Shown here piece by piece: positions 42,934 through 50,645 of a DNA stretch of 64,000 bases. Position numbers and translations under genes: made by a program. Source of the stretch: an uncultured Candidatus Saccharibacteria bacterium (GTDB taxonomy: Bacteria > Patescibacteriota > Minisyncoccia > Phycocordibacterales > GWA1-40-21); NCBI GenBank assembly GCA_964605355.1, contig CAZSCE010000001.1:103-64102 (forward strand), read 5' to 3'. A model generated the notes under the pieces. That model saw only the letters and a list, made by a program, of their open reading frames with translations, did no database searches and was not told where the DNA came from. How positions within the stretch are numbered: the stretch's first letter is position 1; every line of letters begins with the position of its first letter.

Positions 42934-45426
42934 ATGACCAGAACAGAAATATTATTAAAGAAAAGTCACATTTACCCCGCACTTCTACTTGAGGGATTTT
43001 TCTCAGGTGAAAAAAGAAGGTTGATAATTAAGATAACAAAATATTTATTAATATCTATCCCTATCATAATTATTCTAAGCCTTATTTTTGGTAGTTTTAT
43101 GGGGCCCAGTATTAACACGCTAATTAATACAATCATATTAAAATTATTAGGCCTAATTATTCTTTCCTTTGCCCTATATCTATTGATGCAAGCCTTTGAA
43201 GCTTATTTTGCTTCTACTTATTATTTTGAATATGTAGCCAAAAATAAATACACGGCTGGTGATATATACACCTTCTCGGCTGGAAGAATATTAAGGAGGG
43301 TGGAGAATGATAATTTATTAACTGGTCTTTTAAAATCTCAGGGTGTTGGTAAAAGGATAATTCGTCGGTTAGGAATAAGTGAAAATGAGGCAGATACTCT
43401 ACTCATGAAACAGGCAGATATTAAAAACCCGCCAATTTTTAAAACAGATAATATACCTCTGATCAAGGTCTCTACTATAGTTGATTTTATTTATGAAAAT
43501 CATTCAGATTTTAAGGAGTTATTATCAAATCGTGGTATTAAACAAGCTGATCTGGACGCCGTGGTAAGCTGGGTGATTTATGATTTGGAAGATATAGAAT
43601 ACAACAGACAGTGGTGGGTGCCAGAAAAATTATCAATGATACCAGGGGTAGCAGAAGATTGGTCATTTGGCAGAACGTATTTATTAAGCCGATACAGCCG
43701 AAATATATTAAATGATGTTGAGGTAAATTCTGGAGCAATTTCCTTTTCAGGCAGGACCAGAGAATTAGAACAACTTCAATCTGTCTTGGCCAGATCCTCT
43801 GGTGCCAATGCCCTACTCGTGGGCCTACCGGGGCAAGAGAAAATGGAAGTAATTTGGAACCTAAGCCGAAATATTAAGAACAAGACCGCTAGCCCAGAAT
43901 TAATTGGTAAAAAACCATTACTATTCTTAACAACCAATTTTACGGCAGAGATGAATAATAAGGATGACTTTGAAGATAAGCTGGTTACTATATTTGCTGA
44001 AGCTCTTCAAGCGGGAAACATTATTTTAGTGGTAGATAACTTTCCAAGACTTATTTTACAAGCAAAGCAATACGGCCTAAATTTAATTGAGATAATTGAA
44101 CCATATTTAAATAGTATTAATGACCCTATCATAGCTTTGGCTGACACAGAATATTTTCACACCCTGATAGAATCAGATCAGGCCACAATGTCACACTTTG
44201 AAACCGTACTTACCAAACCCCTTCTCTTAGATGAAATAGTAAAAATTATTTCTCATCAAGTTTTAGTTGTTGAAAGAATATACGGCATAACATTTACCTA
44301 TCTGGCGATACTTGAAATTGCCAAGAGTGCAGAATATTATTTCCCAGATGGAGTATCATCTGATAAAGCCACAGATTTATTAAAAGAAATTTCTCCTTGG
44401 GCAATAGAACATAGGTTAGAAATTCTTGGTAAGGAAGAAGTATTAGATTATGTTGGACAAAAAACTAATATTCCCCTAGCCAGGATTTCATCTGACGAAA
44501 AAGACAAGTTACTTAATCTTGAGGATTTACTGATGAAGCGAGTGGTGGCACAAAGAGAAGCCATCTTTTCTGTGGCTAGTGCCATGAGACGTAGCCGAGC
44601 GGGCATCAGAAATGAAAAGAGGCCGTTGGGATCATTCTTATTCCTGGGCCCAACCGGTGTGGGAAAAACAGAAACCGCTAAAGCCATGGCTGACGTATTT
44701 TTTGGTGATGAGAAATTATTAATGCGCCTGGACATGTCTGAATATCAAAATACAGAATCCCTGGCTCGCCTGATAGGCTCTAGAGAAAATAACACCCAAG
44801 GAATACTTTCAAATATGTTACGCGAACGCCCTTATGGCGTACTATTACTGGATGAATTTGAGAAAACTAACAAAGACGTGCTGAACCTATTTTTGCAAAT
44901 AATTGATGAGGGGTATTTCTCTGATGTCTTTGGCAAAAAGGTTATGGCCAGGAATATTATGTTTATTGCCACCAGTAACGCCGGCGCCGAGAAAATATTT
45001 GATATTGTCTCAACCGGTAAAGACCTAAAGAAGTTTGAAACTGAAATAGTGGCTGATATAGTAAAACAAGGTATTCTTAAGCCAGAACTTATTAACCGTT
45101 TTGATGCCACTGTTTTATTTCACCCCCTCACCAAGGAAAATTTATTTGAGATTGCTAAAATTATGCTAAATAAAGTTGCTAAACGCTTAGCAGAAAAAGG
45201 TATGATCCTAACTGTAGACAAAGAATTAATTGATTTTGTGGTCACCGGTGGCTACAACCCCACCTTTGGTGCCCGCCCCATGAACCGCCTTATTCAGGAT
45301 ACAGTGGAGCAACATTTAGCTGACTTAATTATTCGTGAAGAATTAACTGCCGGCCAAACGGTCAGTTTCAAGATACTCTCAAATGAAGATAATAAAAATA
45401 GCTTGAAACCAATAGTGGAAGGCTAA
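42934..45426 (+). CDS. membrane-anchored Clp/Hsp100-family AAA+ protein with degenerate D1 and intact D2 ATPase domain
   Basis: Residues about 14-100 form 3-4 TM helices. A Clp_N-like repeat follows (NLLTGLLKSQGVGKRIIRRLGI). D1 has GLPGQEKMEV in place of GxPGVGKT and DN in place of DE. D2 is canonical: GPTGVGKTE, LLLDEFEKT, ATSNAG and FGARPMNR. Confidence 0.7.
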   Translation: MTRTEILLKKSHIYPALLLEGFFSGEKRRLIIKITKYLLISIPIIIILSLIFGSFMGPSINTLINTIILKLLGLIILSFALYLLMQAFEAYFASTYYFEYVAKNKYTAGDIYTFSAGRILRRVENDNLLTGLLKSQGVGKRIIRRLGISENEADTLLMKQADIKNPPIFKTDNIPLIKVSTIVDFIYENHSDFKELLSNRGIKQADLDAVVSWVIYDLEDIEYNRQWWVPEKLSMIPGVAEDWSFGRTYLLSRYSRNILNDVEVNSGAISFSGRTRELEQLQSVLARSSGANALLVGLPGQEKMEVIWNLSRNIKNKTASPELIGKKPLLFLTTNFTAEMNNKDDFEDKLVTIFAEALQAGNIILVVDNFPRLILQAKQYGLNLIEIIEPYLNSINDPIIALADTEYFHTLIESDQATMSHFETVLTKPLLLDEIVKIISHQVLVVERIYGITFTYLAILEIAKSAEYYFPDGVSSDKATDLLKEISPWAIEHRLEILGKEEVLDYVGQKTNIPLARISSDEKDKLLNLEDLLMKRVVAQREAIFSVASAMRRSRAGIRNEKRPLGSFLFLGPTGVGKTETAKAMADVFFGDEKLLMRLDMSEYQNTESLARLIGSRENNTQGILSNMLRERPYGVLLLDEFEKTNKDVLNLFLQIIDEGYFSDVFGKKVMARNIMFIATSNAGAEKIFDIVSTGKDLKKFETEIVADIVKQGILKPELINRFDATVLFHPLTKENLFEIAKIMLNKVAKRLAEKGMILTVDKELIDFVVTGGYNPTFGARPMNRLIQDTVEQHLADLIIREELTAGQTVSFKILSNEDNKNSLKPIVEG

Positions 45427-45971
45427 AATTTCCCTCTGGAAATATACATGCCAATTAGTAAAAAAATCAGAGCCACTAAATAGCCTCCAATAATATCTGT
45501 AAAATAGTGAACACCTAAATATATTCGGCTGTAACCTATTAGTAATATAATTAAAAGGGAGGTAATAGATAAAATAATTTTCAGGGTCAAACCTAGGCGG
45601 AATTTCCAAAAACAGTAAGCCAAAAAGCCAAAGAAAGCCAGAGTAAGGGTGGCATGGGCACTGGGAAAAGAAGGCAGCCTTTCTACGTATAAAGCAATCT
45701 CCGCCCCCGGTCTTGCTCGATGGACTAAATACTTTACGATCACCGTCATAACGCCTGAGCCTAAAATTGTAACAATAAAAGGTAAAATCAGACCTTTCTT
45801 TTTTCTCAACCAGAAAAAATAGATACTAATAATTGACATAACAGCAACAATATACCAAGTACCAATCATGGTAAAAATCATAAAAAAATTATCCCAGAAA
45901 ACGCTTCTTAAACCCACCACCACCTCTGCAATATTATGATCAATTAAAACTAAAAAATTTAGAATATTCAT
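45423..45971 (-). CDS. PAP2-family membrane phosphatase (BcrC/undecaprenyl-diphosphatase-like)
   Basis: KYLVHRARPG (KxxxxxxRP), PSAH (the PSGH box) and SRIYLGVHYFTD (SRxxxxxHxxxD). Confidence 0.75.
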   Translation of the reverse strand: MNILNFLVLIDHNIAEVVVGLRSVFWDNFFMIFTMIGTWYIVAVMSIISIYFFWLRKKKGLILPFIVTILGSGVMTVIVKYLVHRARPGAEIALYVERLPSFPSAHATLTLAFFGFLAYCFWKFRLGLTLKIILSITSLLIILLIGYSRIYLGVHYFTDIIGGYLVALIFLLIGMYISRGKF

Positions 45972-46029
45972 GAATTATGGTAATTATTTCTATTAGCCGT
46001 CCGAATAAATCAGACGGCCGGAGAAATCA

Positions 46030-46242
46030 CTACATCATTGGCTGATTCTTGCCAAGCTTCTTGGCAATAACCAAAAGATAAAGTGCAGACAAGCCTACTA
46101 AACCGTAAACTACCTTTGCCACTACACCTACGCCCAATAGAGCGGCAACCAAGTTATAATCAACAACTGCTAATCCCCAATTCAAGCCACCAACTATGAC
46201 AAGAACAAGAGCTACCCAATCCAATACATTTAGTTTTGACAT
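46030..46242 (-). CDS. DUF378-family small membrane protein
   Basis: VALVLVIVGGLNWGLAVVDYNLVAALLG matches the DUF378 GxxNWGLxG core. 70 aa. Confidence 0.55.
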   Translation of the reverse strand: MSKLNVLDWVALVLVIVGGLNWGLAVVDYNLVAALLGVGVVAKVVYGLVGLSALYLLVIAKKLGKNQPMM

Positions 46243-46318
46243 ATTTTTATTTTTAAAAATTAAAATACGACCTTTATTATCAATCCATTATATCATATAA
46301 AACAAATCGTCAATAGGG

Positions 46319-46552
46319 CTAATTTTTTTCGAGATAATTCATATCAGTAGTAGGGATACTAGAAAAACTGTCCCCAGCAACAGACGAAAATTCTCGTCCT
46401 GTTCTAATTTCAAATTCTTGCAAAGCCACCTCCATTGTGGGCGCTAAAAAAGTTTCCAATATTTTACCATTATTACAAAAAGTGTATTCAGAAGCGGGTA
46501 GACTCTCTTTAGACTCTATTTCTAAATCTGGTTGTTGTGGCATGCCCTCCAT
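46319..46552 (-). CDS. hypothetical protein (77 aa)
   Basis: ORF only. Confidence 0.25.
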   Translation of the reverse strand: MEGMPQQPDLEIESKESLPASEYTFCNNGKILETFLAPTMEVALQEFEIRTGREFSSVAGDSFSSIPTTDMNYLEKN

Positions 46553-46592
46553 ACTTATACTATATCAAATGATTTACCATATTCCAAGGTAA

Positions 46593-47162
46593 TTAGTATT
46601 TACGAATTACCCCTTTGACAATAGCTGCTATTTGAAGTTCGTGTTCTGGGTAAATAGGGGAAAAATCCTTGTTTGCGGGCTCCAGATATATTTTACCTAG
46701 CCTGTTCCGGTAATATTTCATAGTCCAGCCACCATCCACAGAAGCAATAACAATCTCACCATCCCGGGGCTCTCTCTTGGTTTTCTCAGCAATCACCATA
46801 TCACCTTCGTGAATACCAGCATCAATCATGGAGTCACCTTTTACTTTTAATAAATAAGAGGAATCTTTATCCCTAATCAAATAATCATCAATATTTATGG
46901 TATCCAGATCAATTTCCTCTGCGGTGGTGGGAAAGCCGGCCTCTACCAAACCCAGAAGTGGCACCTCGCCAAGCAACTTATTGGGAATCAAATGCCCGCT
47001 ACTATCCTTATCTAGTACACCGTCATCAATCAATTTATGAATTACTTTGGCTACCGCATTTTTAGATTTGAAGCCAAGAAGCTTCATCATTTCCGTATAA
47101 ACCGGCATGCGCTTGTTAGCTTTGTAAAAGGAGATTATTTTGTTTTTATAATTATCCAGCAT
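46593..47162 (-). CDS. lexA: LexA repressor (S24 peptidase)
   Basis: An N-terminal winged HTH, the Ala-Gly cleavage site (VEAGF), VKGDSMIDAGIHEGD (catalytic Ser), and the catalytic Lys in GEIVIASVDGGWTMKYY. Confidence 0.9.
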   Translation of the reverse strand: MLDNYKNKIISFYKANKRMPVYTEMMKLLGFKSKNAVAKVIHKLIDDGVLDKDSSGHLIPNKLLGEVPLLGLVEAGFPTTAEEIDLDTINIDDYLIRDKDSSYLLKVKGDSMIDAGIHEGDMVIAEKTKREPRDGEIVIASVDGGWTMKYYRNRLGKIYLEPANKDFSPIYPEHELQIAAIVKGVIRKY

Positions 47163-47189
47163 TTTATTTATAATAAATCAGTAGCCCTA

Positions 47190-47405
47190 TTATAGCAGAA
47201 ATGTAGCTACTACGTTTACTGTGCGCTGTAACCAGTTAGACTGAAAGCGAGACAGGCGGTGTAGGTCACTTAACCGGTTCAACAAAAAGCGGTGACGGAG
47301 GGCTTCACGCCTATAAGATACACCTTCAACAATTTTCACATCAATGATGTCATTAATCTTGGCTAACTCTGACTTAATCCTCTTTTCTAAAATAAATTTG
47401 CTCAT
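47190..47405 (-). CDS. hypothetical small protein co-transcribed upstream of lexA
   Basis: 71-aa ORF between the SOS promoter/REP element and lexA. No motif. Confidence 0.3.
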   Translation of the reverse strand: MSKFILEKRIKSELAKINDIIDVKIVEGVSYRREALRHRFLLNRLSDLHRLSRFQSNWLQRTVNVVATFLL

Positions 47406-47418
47406 GTTATTATTGCTT

Positions 47419-47510
47419 AAAGAGAAAATAATGTTTACAATTTTCAGCGCGTAGGACCCACCCGTACTCGGGAAGGGTGAAGCGTGAAAATTTAAATATT
47501 GTTTTCTCTT
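47419..47510. repeat. REP/MITE-like structured element, copy 2 of 3 (core 47447..47483), in the lexA-operon 5' UTR
   Basis: AGCGCGTAGGACCCACCCGTACTCGGGAAGGGTGAAGC with arms ACAATTTTC / GAAAATTTAAATATTG and the outer complementary pair AAGAGAAAA / TTTTCTCTT. Confidence 0.7.
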
Positions 47511-47527
47511 ATATTATTATGTAGTTA

Positions 47528-47556
47528 AGTATAGGTGAACGCTCGTTCACCGTCAA
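47528..47556 (-). promoter_or_regulatory. SOS promoter: TTGACG - 17-nt spacer - TATACT with a LexA (Cheo-type) operator filling the spacer
   Basis: The minus strand reads TTGACGgtgaacgagcgttcaccTATACT. The 18-bp perfect palindrome GGTGAACGCTCGTTCACC (47534..47551) contains GAAC-N4-GTTC, the Gram-positive-type LexA box. Confidence 0.7.
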
Positions 47557-47646
47557 CCCTAAAACTGTGGATAACTTATTTCCGATACATTATCCCCCAC
47601 TTGTAAATAGTTGTGCCAAGCCAGCCTTTAATATATAGTTATATTT

Positions 47647-48396
47647 ATGCTACCAATAATTCTTTCATCCCTGGTTATAATGCTGGCTTCCTTGATTGGG
47701 GTGATTTCTGTTTGGAAAAATCTGGGGCAAATTATTGAGAGAAATTTACACTTTTTAGTCAGTTTCTCGGCTGGGGTCTTTCTTTATATTTCCTATGAAT
47801 TATGTCTGGAAACTATTCACGAGGCTCCCACAATTCAGAACGGTTTCTTATGGATTCTGGTTGGTATTTTTGGAGTCTGGTTAATTTTTAAATTACTCCC
47901 CACTTTTCACCACCATCATGACAATGAAACAGAGATTCACGTTCACTCTCAGATTGATGCCCGAAAAATATTGATTAGTGATGGTTTACACAATATTGGT
48001 GATGGTATTTTACTAGTCACATCTTTTACTGTCAGCTTGACCCTGGGTATGGTGGCCACCTTAAGTATTTTTGTTCATGAAATAATCCAAGAAATCTCAG
48101 AATTTTTTGTTCTTCGCGGGGCTGGTTATTCTGTGAGGAAGGCTCTTATTACCAGCTTTGCTATTTCCAGCACCATTTTGATTGGCTCTGTTGGTGGTTT
48201 ATTTTTATTAGACAATTTTAAAGTATTTGAAATCCCCCTCCTGGGCCTAGCCGCTGGTTCATTTTTAATGGTGGTTATCCAAGATCTCATCCCCCATTCT
48301 ATAAAAGTTTCCACCAGCCGCGCCCACATTATAAAACACCTTGCCTGGTTTTTAGCCGGCCTATTAATTATGATAGGGCTGAGTACTATTAGTTAG
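47647..48396 (+). CDS. zupT: ZIP-family metal transporter (ZupT-like)
   Basis: TM protein with a His-rich loop (HHHHDNETEIHVH) and the ZIP signatures LHNIGDGIL and VHEIIQEISEF. Confidence 0.75.
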   Translation: MLPIILSSLVIMLASLIGVISVWKNLGQIIERNLHFLVSFSAGVFLYISYELCLETIHEAPTIQNGFLWILVGIFGVWLIFKLLPTFHHHHDNETEIHVHSQIDARKILISDGLHNIGDGILLVTSFTVSLTLGMVATLSIFVHEIIQEISEFFVLRGAGYSVRKALITSFAISSTILIGSVGGLFLLDNFKVFEIPLLGLAAGSFLMVVIQDLIPHSIKVSTSRAHIIKHLAWFLAGLLIMIGLSTIS

Positions 48397-48436
48397 TTAA
48401 TAAAATTCACAGAATAATATGATTTTGGAGACGTAA

Positions 48437-48642
48437 AATTAAACGTAACCAGAATACAGTGCTAGAGGAGGCTTGGGAGCGCGACGGCGCGAGTTGAGAT
48501 TTGGGGAGGGACCCAAATGAAAGACCTTGAATGTTTTGTATTCAAAATGTGAAAGGTGTACTGTCCCTGTAAGGGACGAGGAATTTTTTAGCAAAAAAAT
48601 ATCCGTGCTCCGGTTAGTACTGTATTCTGGTTACGTTTAATT
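48437..48642. mobile_element. MITE-like element: 24-bp perfect terminal inverted repeats around a roughly 158-bp G+C-richer core
   Basis: AATTAAACGTAACCAGAATACAGT (48437..48460) is the exact reverse complement of 48619..48642. The core contains internal hairpins (GTCCC-tgtaa-GGGAC). The element touches the stop codon of the adjacent gene. Confidence 0.55.
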
Positions 48643-49299
48643 ACAGTAAAGGTACGACTCTGGGATTTCTTTTAGAATTTGGGCGGGCATTTCCGTTAAA
48701 GGTAAATCTTCATTTTGAAGTTTAATAATTATTTCCTTTTTAGATTCCCCAAAAGCAAAAGTGTAAGCCACAGTAATATTCTTTATTGTTTTTAAAGTGA
48801 GAGTAATGCGCCTAAACTTTCCACCATCATAACCACTAGCGGTAGCTTGATCTTTGACCCCCACGGTACCAGGCAAAACCCCGGCTGTATGCCCATCAGT
48901 GCCCAGACCAAACTGCCCTACCACCACCTCGGCCCAAGCTGTCAGATCCCGATATTTCTTGCCAAAATAGATTACTGTTTCCTTTAATTCCAAATCATTT
49001 AAAACCGGCACTGCCTGCACAGCGTCAAAATCAAAACCTGCCTCCCCCAGCTGCTGCCAATTTGAATCAGCGTGGCCCACGGGACCATGGCGCTCATCAG
49101 TGAGAGTCACCGCTAAAATATTTTTCAATTTACCGCCAAAATCTTTTTTTAATTTTTCTAAAACCTCCACTTCAATATTTATATTTGACCCACCAGAAAG
49201 TAACCACAACACATTTTTATTTCCCTTTAAATATTTCCCTATCCCCTCTACCAATATTTTCACCCCCTCCACCTCCCCTTTTATTTTTATAAATTCCAT
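48637..49299 (-). CDS. 6-phosphogluconolactonase-like (NagB/Pgl sugar-phosphate isomerase fold)
   Basis: GLGTDGHTAGVLPG matches the 6-phosphogluconolactonase G(M/L)GxDGHxASlFP box. 220 aa. Confidence 0.65.
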   Translation of the reverse strand: MEFIKIKGEVEGVKILVEGIGKYLKGNKNVLWLLSGGSNINIEVEVLEKLKKDFGGKLKNILAVTLTDERHGPVGHADSNWQQLGEAGFDFDAVQAVPVLNDLELKETVIYFGKKYRDLTAWAEVVVGQFGLGTDGHTAGVLPGTVGVKDQATASGYDGGKFRRITLTLKTIKNITVAYTFAFGESKKEIIIKLQNEDLPLTEMPAQILKEIPESYLYCN

Positions 49300-49315
49300 C
49301 TCACTATCTTAGCAC

Positions 49316-49360
49316 AAAAAAAGAGCGCTATCCCCACACCGGTGTGTGAAAATAGCGCTC
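49316..49360 (-). terminator. intrinsic terminator GAGCGCTAT-loop-ATAGCGCTC plus a 7-U tail (minus strand), the 3' boundary of the high-G+C island
   Basis: 9-bp stem with an internal CACACCGGTGTG palindrome and an A7 run on the plus strand. Confidence 0.7.
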
Positions 49361-49389
49361 CGTGTTGTCATAAAGAACTCCTCGTTAAC

Positions 49390-50571
49390 TCACAGAAGAG
49401 AAAGAATCAGCTCGCCCATTTCTGATGTATGCAAGAGGCTAGAACCTTTGCTGTAAACCAGTGTCAGGTTCGGATCACCACCAACATACATATCCCCCGT
49501 CCGATAGCCCTGCTTCAGAGCCTCACGAACTGCTTCCTCAATGGCTTTTGCGCCCTTCACCGCACCCAAATGCCGGAGCATCATGGCCGCCGTGAGAATG
49601 CGCCCCAGCGGATTAGTTTTGTTCTGCCCAGCCAATGTCGGAGCCGTCCCCGCACCGCTTTCAAACATCGCTGCGCCCGTGTCCGGATTGATGGCCGAAC
49701 TGCACATCATCCCCATACTGCCAAGTGCCGCCGCTGCTCCATCCGAGAGGATGTCCCCGTGCTCATTTCCACAAGCAATGACGCCGTGGAGTTTGGCCGG
49801 AGTGAACAACAGTGCATTCGCCGAGTCTACCAACTGGTGCTGGAGTGGCACGTCCGGGAATTCCGTCCTCCCGATTCTCGTGACAATCTTGCGCCAAAAG
49901 TCATACCGCGCCATCACGTTTGCCTTGTCGATGGAGATGAGAGGCAAGCCCACATCTCTCGCGTAAGTAAACGCCGCCCGGATATACTTCTCAATTGTTT
50001 CCCGGCGATAGTAGGCGATGTCAGAGACGAGCCTCTCGTCACCCGTCACACACTTCTTCAACCTGACGCCGATCCGTTCACAACCATCGCTTGGTATAAG
50101 TGACATCAGATCCTCGTTCCCGAAGTAGCTGTCCTCCAGGAGGAAGCGAATCCAAACCTGGGTGATGCCCTCGGCCGGAATTGTTTCCGGTCTGACGTTG
50201 GCCAAATGCGCCAGCTCCTTGTAGTAGATCATGGGGCGGAAGTTGAGCAACAACCCCATGTCTTTACGCAGTTTCAGCAAACACCTTGACTCCGGCTTCA
50301 TCTCCGGCTTCTCCTTGCCGATGGTGTCGTCCCACTTGGGATCACCCACGCCACCGAAGAAGATTGTGCCGATTTCAACCGCTCTTTTCAGAGACGCTTC
50401 CGGCCGTGTGTCGCCAAACTTTTCGTAGGCGCTCCACCCCATCGGAGTCTTTTCAAAAGCGATCTGGATGTTGTCCTTCTCAGCGGCCTTGATGGCAACA
50501 GCACAAGCCACCGCCATCATCTCCGGACCAGAGCCATCTCCAGTCACCAGAGCAACTGTTTTTTTTATCAT
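49390..50571 (-). CDS. 3-isopropylmalate/isocitrate/homoisocitrate dehydrogenase family enzyme
   Basis: LVTGDGSGPEMM (the GDGIGPEV box) and NEHGDILSDGAAAALGSMGMMCSSAI (the IMDH/IDH signature N-x-x-GD-I-x-SD). High G+C composition. Confidence 0.8.
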   Translation of the reverse strand: MIKKTVALVTGDGSGPEMMAVACAVAIKAAEKDNIQIAFEKTPMGWSAYEKFGDTRPEASLKRAVEIGTIFFGGVGDPKWDDTIGKEKPEMKPESRCLLKLRKDMGLLLNFRPMIYYKELAHLANVRPETIPAEGITQVWIRFLLEDSYFGNEDLMSLIPSDGCERIGVRLKKCVTGDERLVSDIAYYRRETIEKYIRAAFTYARDVGLPLISIDKANVMARYDFWRKIVTRIGRTEFPDVPLQHQLVDSANALLFTPAKLHGVIACGNEHGDILSDGAAAALGSMGMMCSSAINPDTGAAMFESGAGTAPTLAGQNKTNPLGRILTAAMMLRHLGAVKGAKAIEEAVREALKQGYRTGDMYVGGDPNLTLVYSKGSSLLHTSEMGELILSLL

Positions 50572-50645
50572 TTCGCGTTTCCTTTCTTGAGCTGTAACCC
50601 GTGGGCTGATTTTTCATGTCAACCCACGGGTTCATCTTGTTTCGC

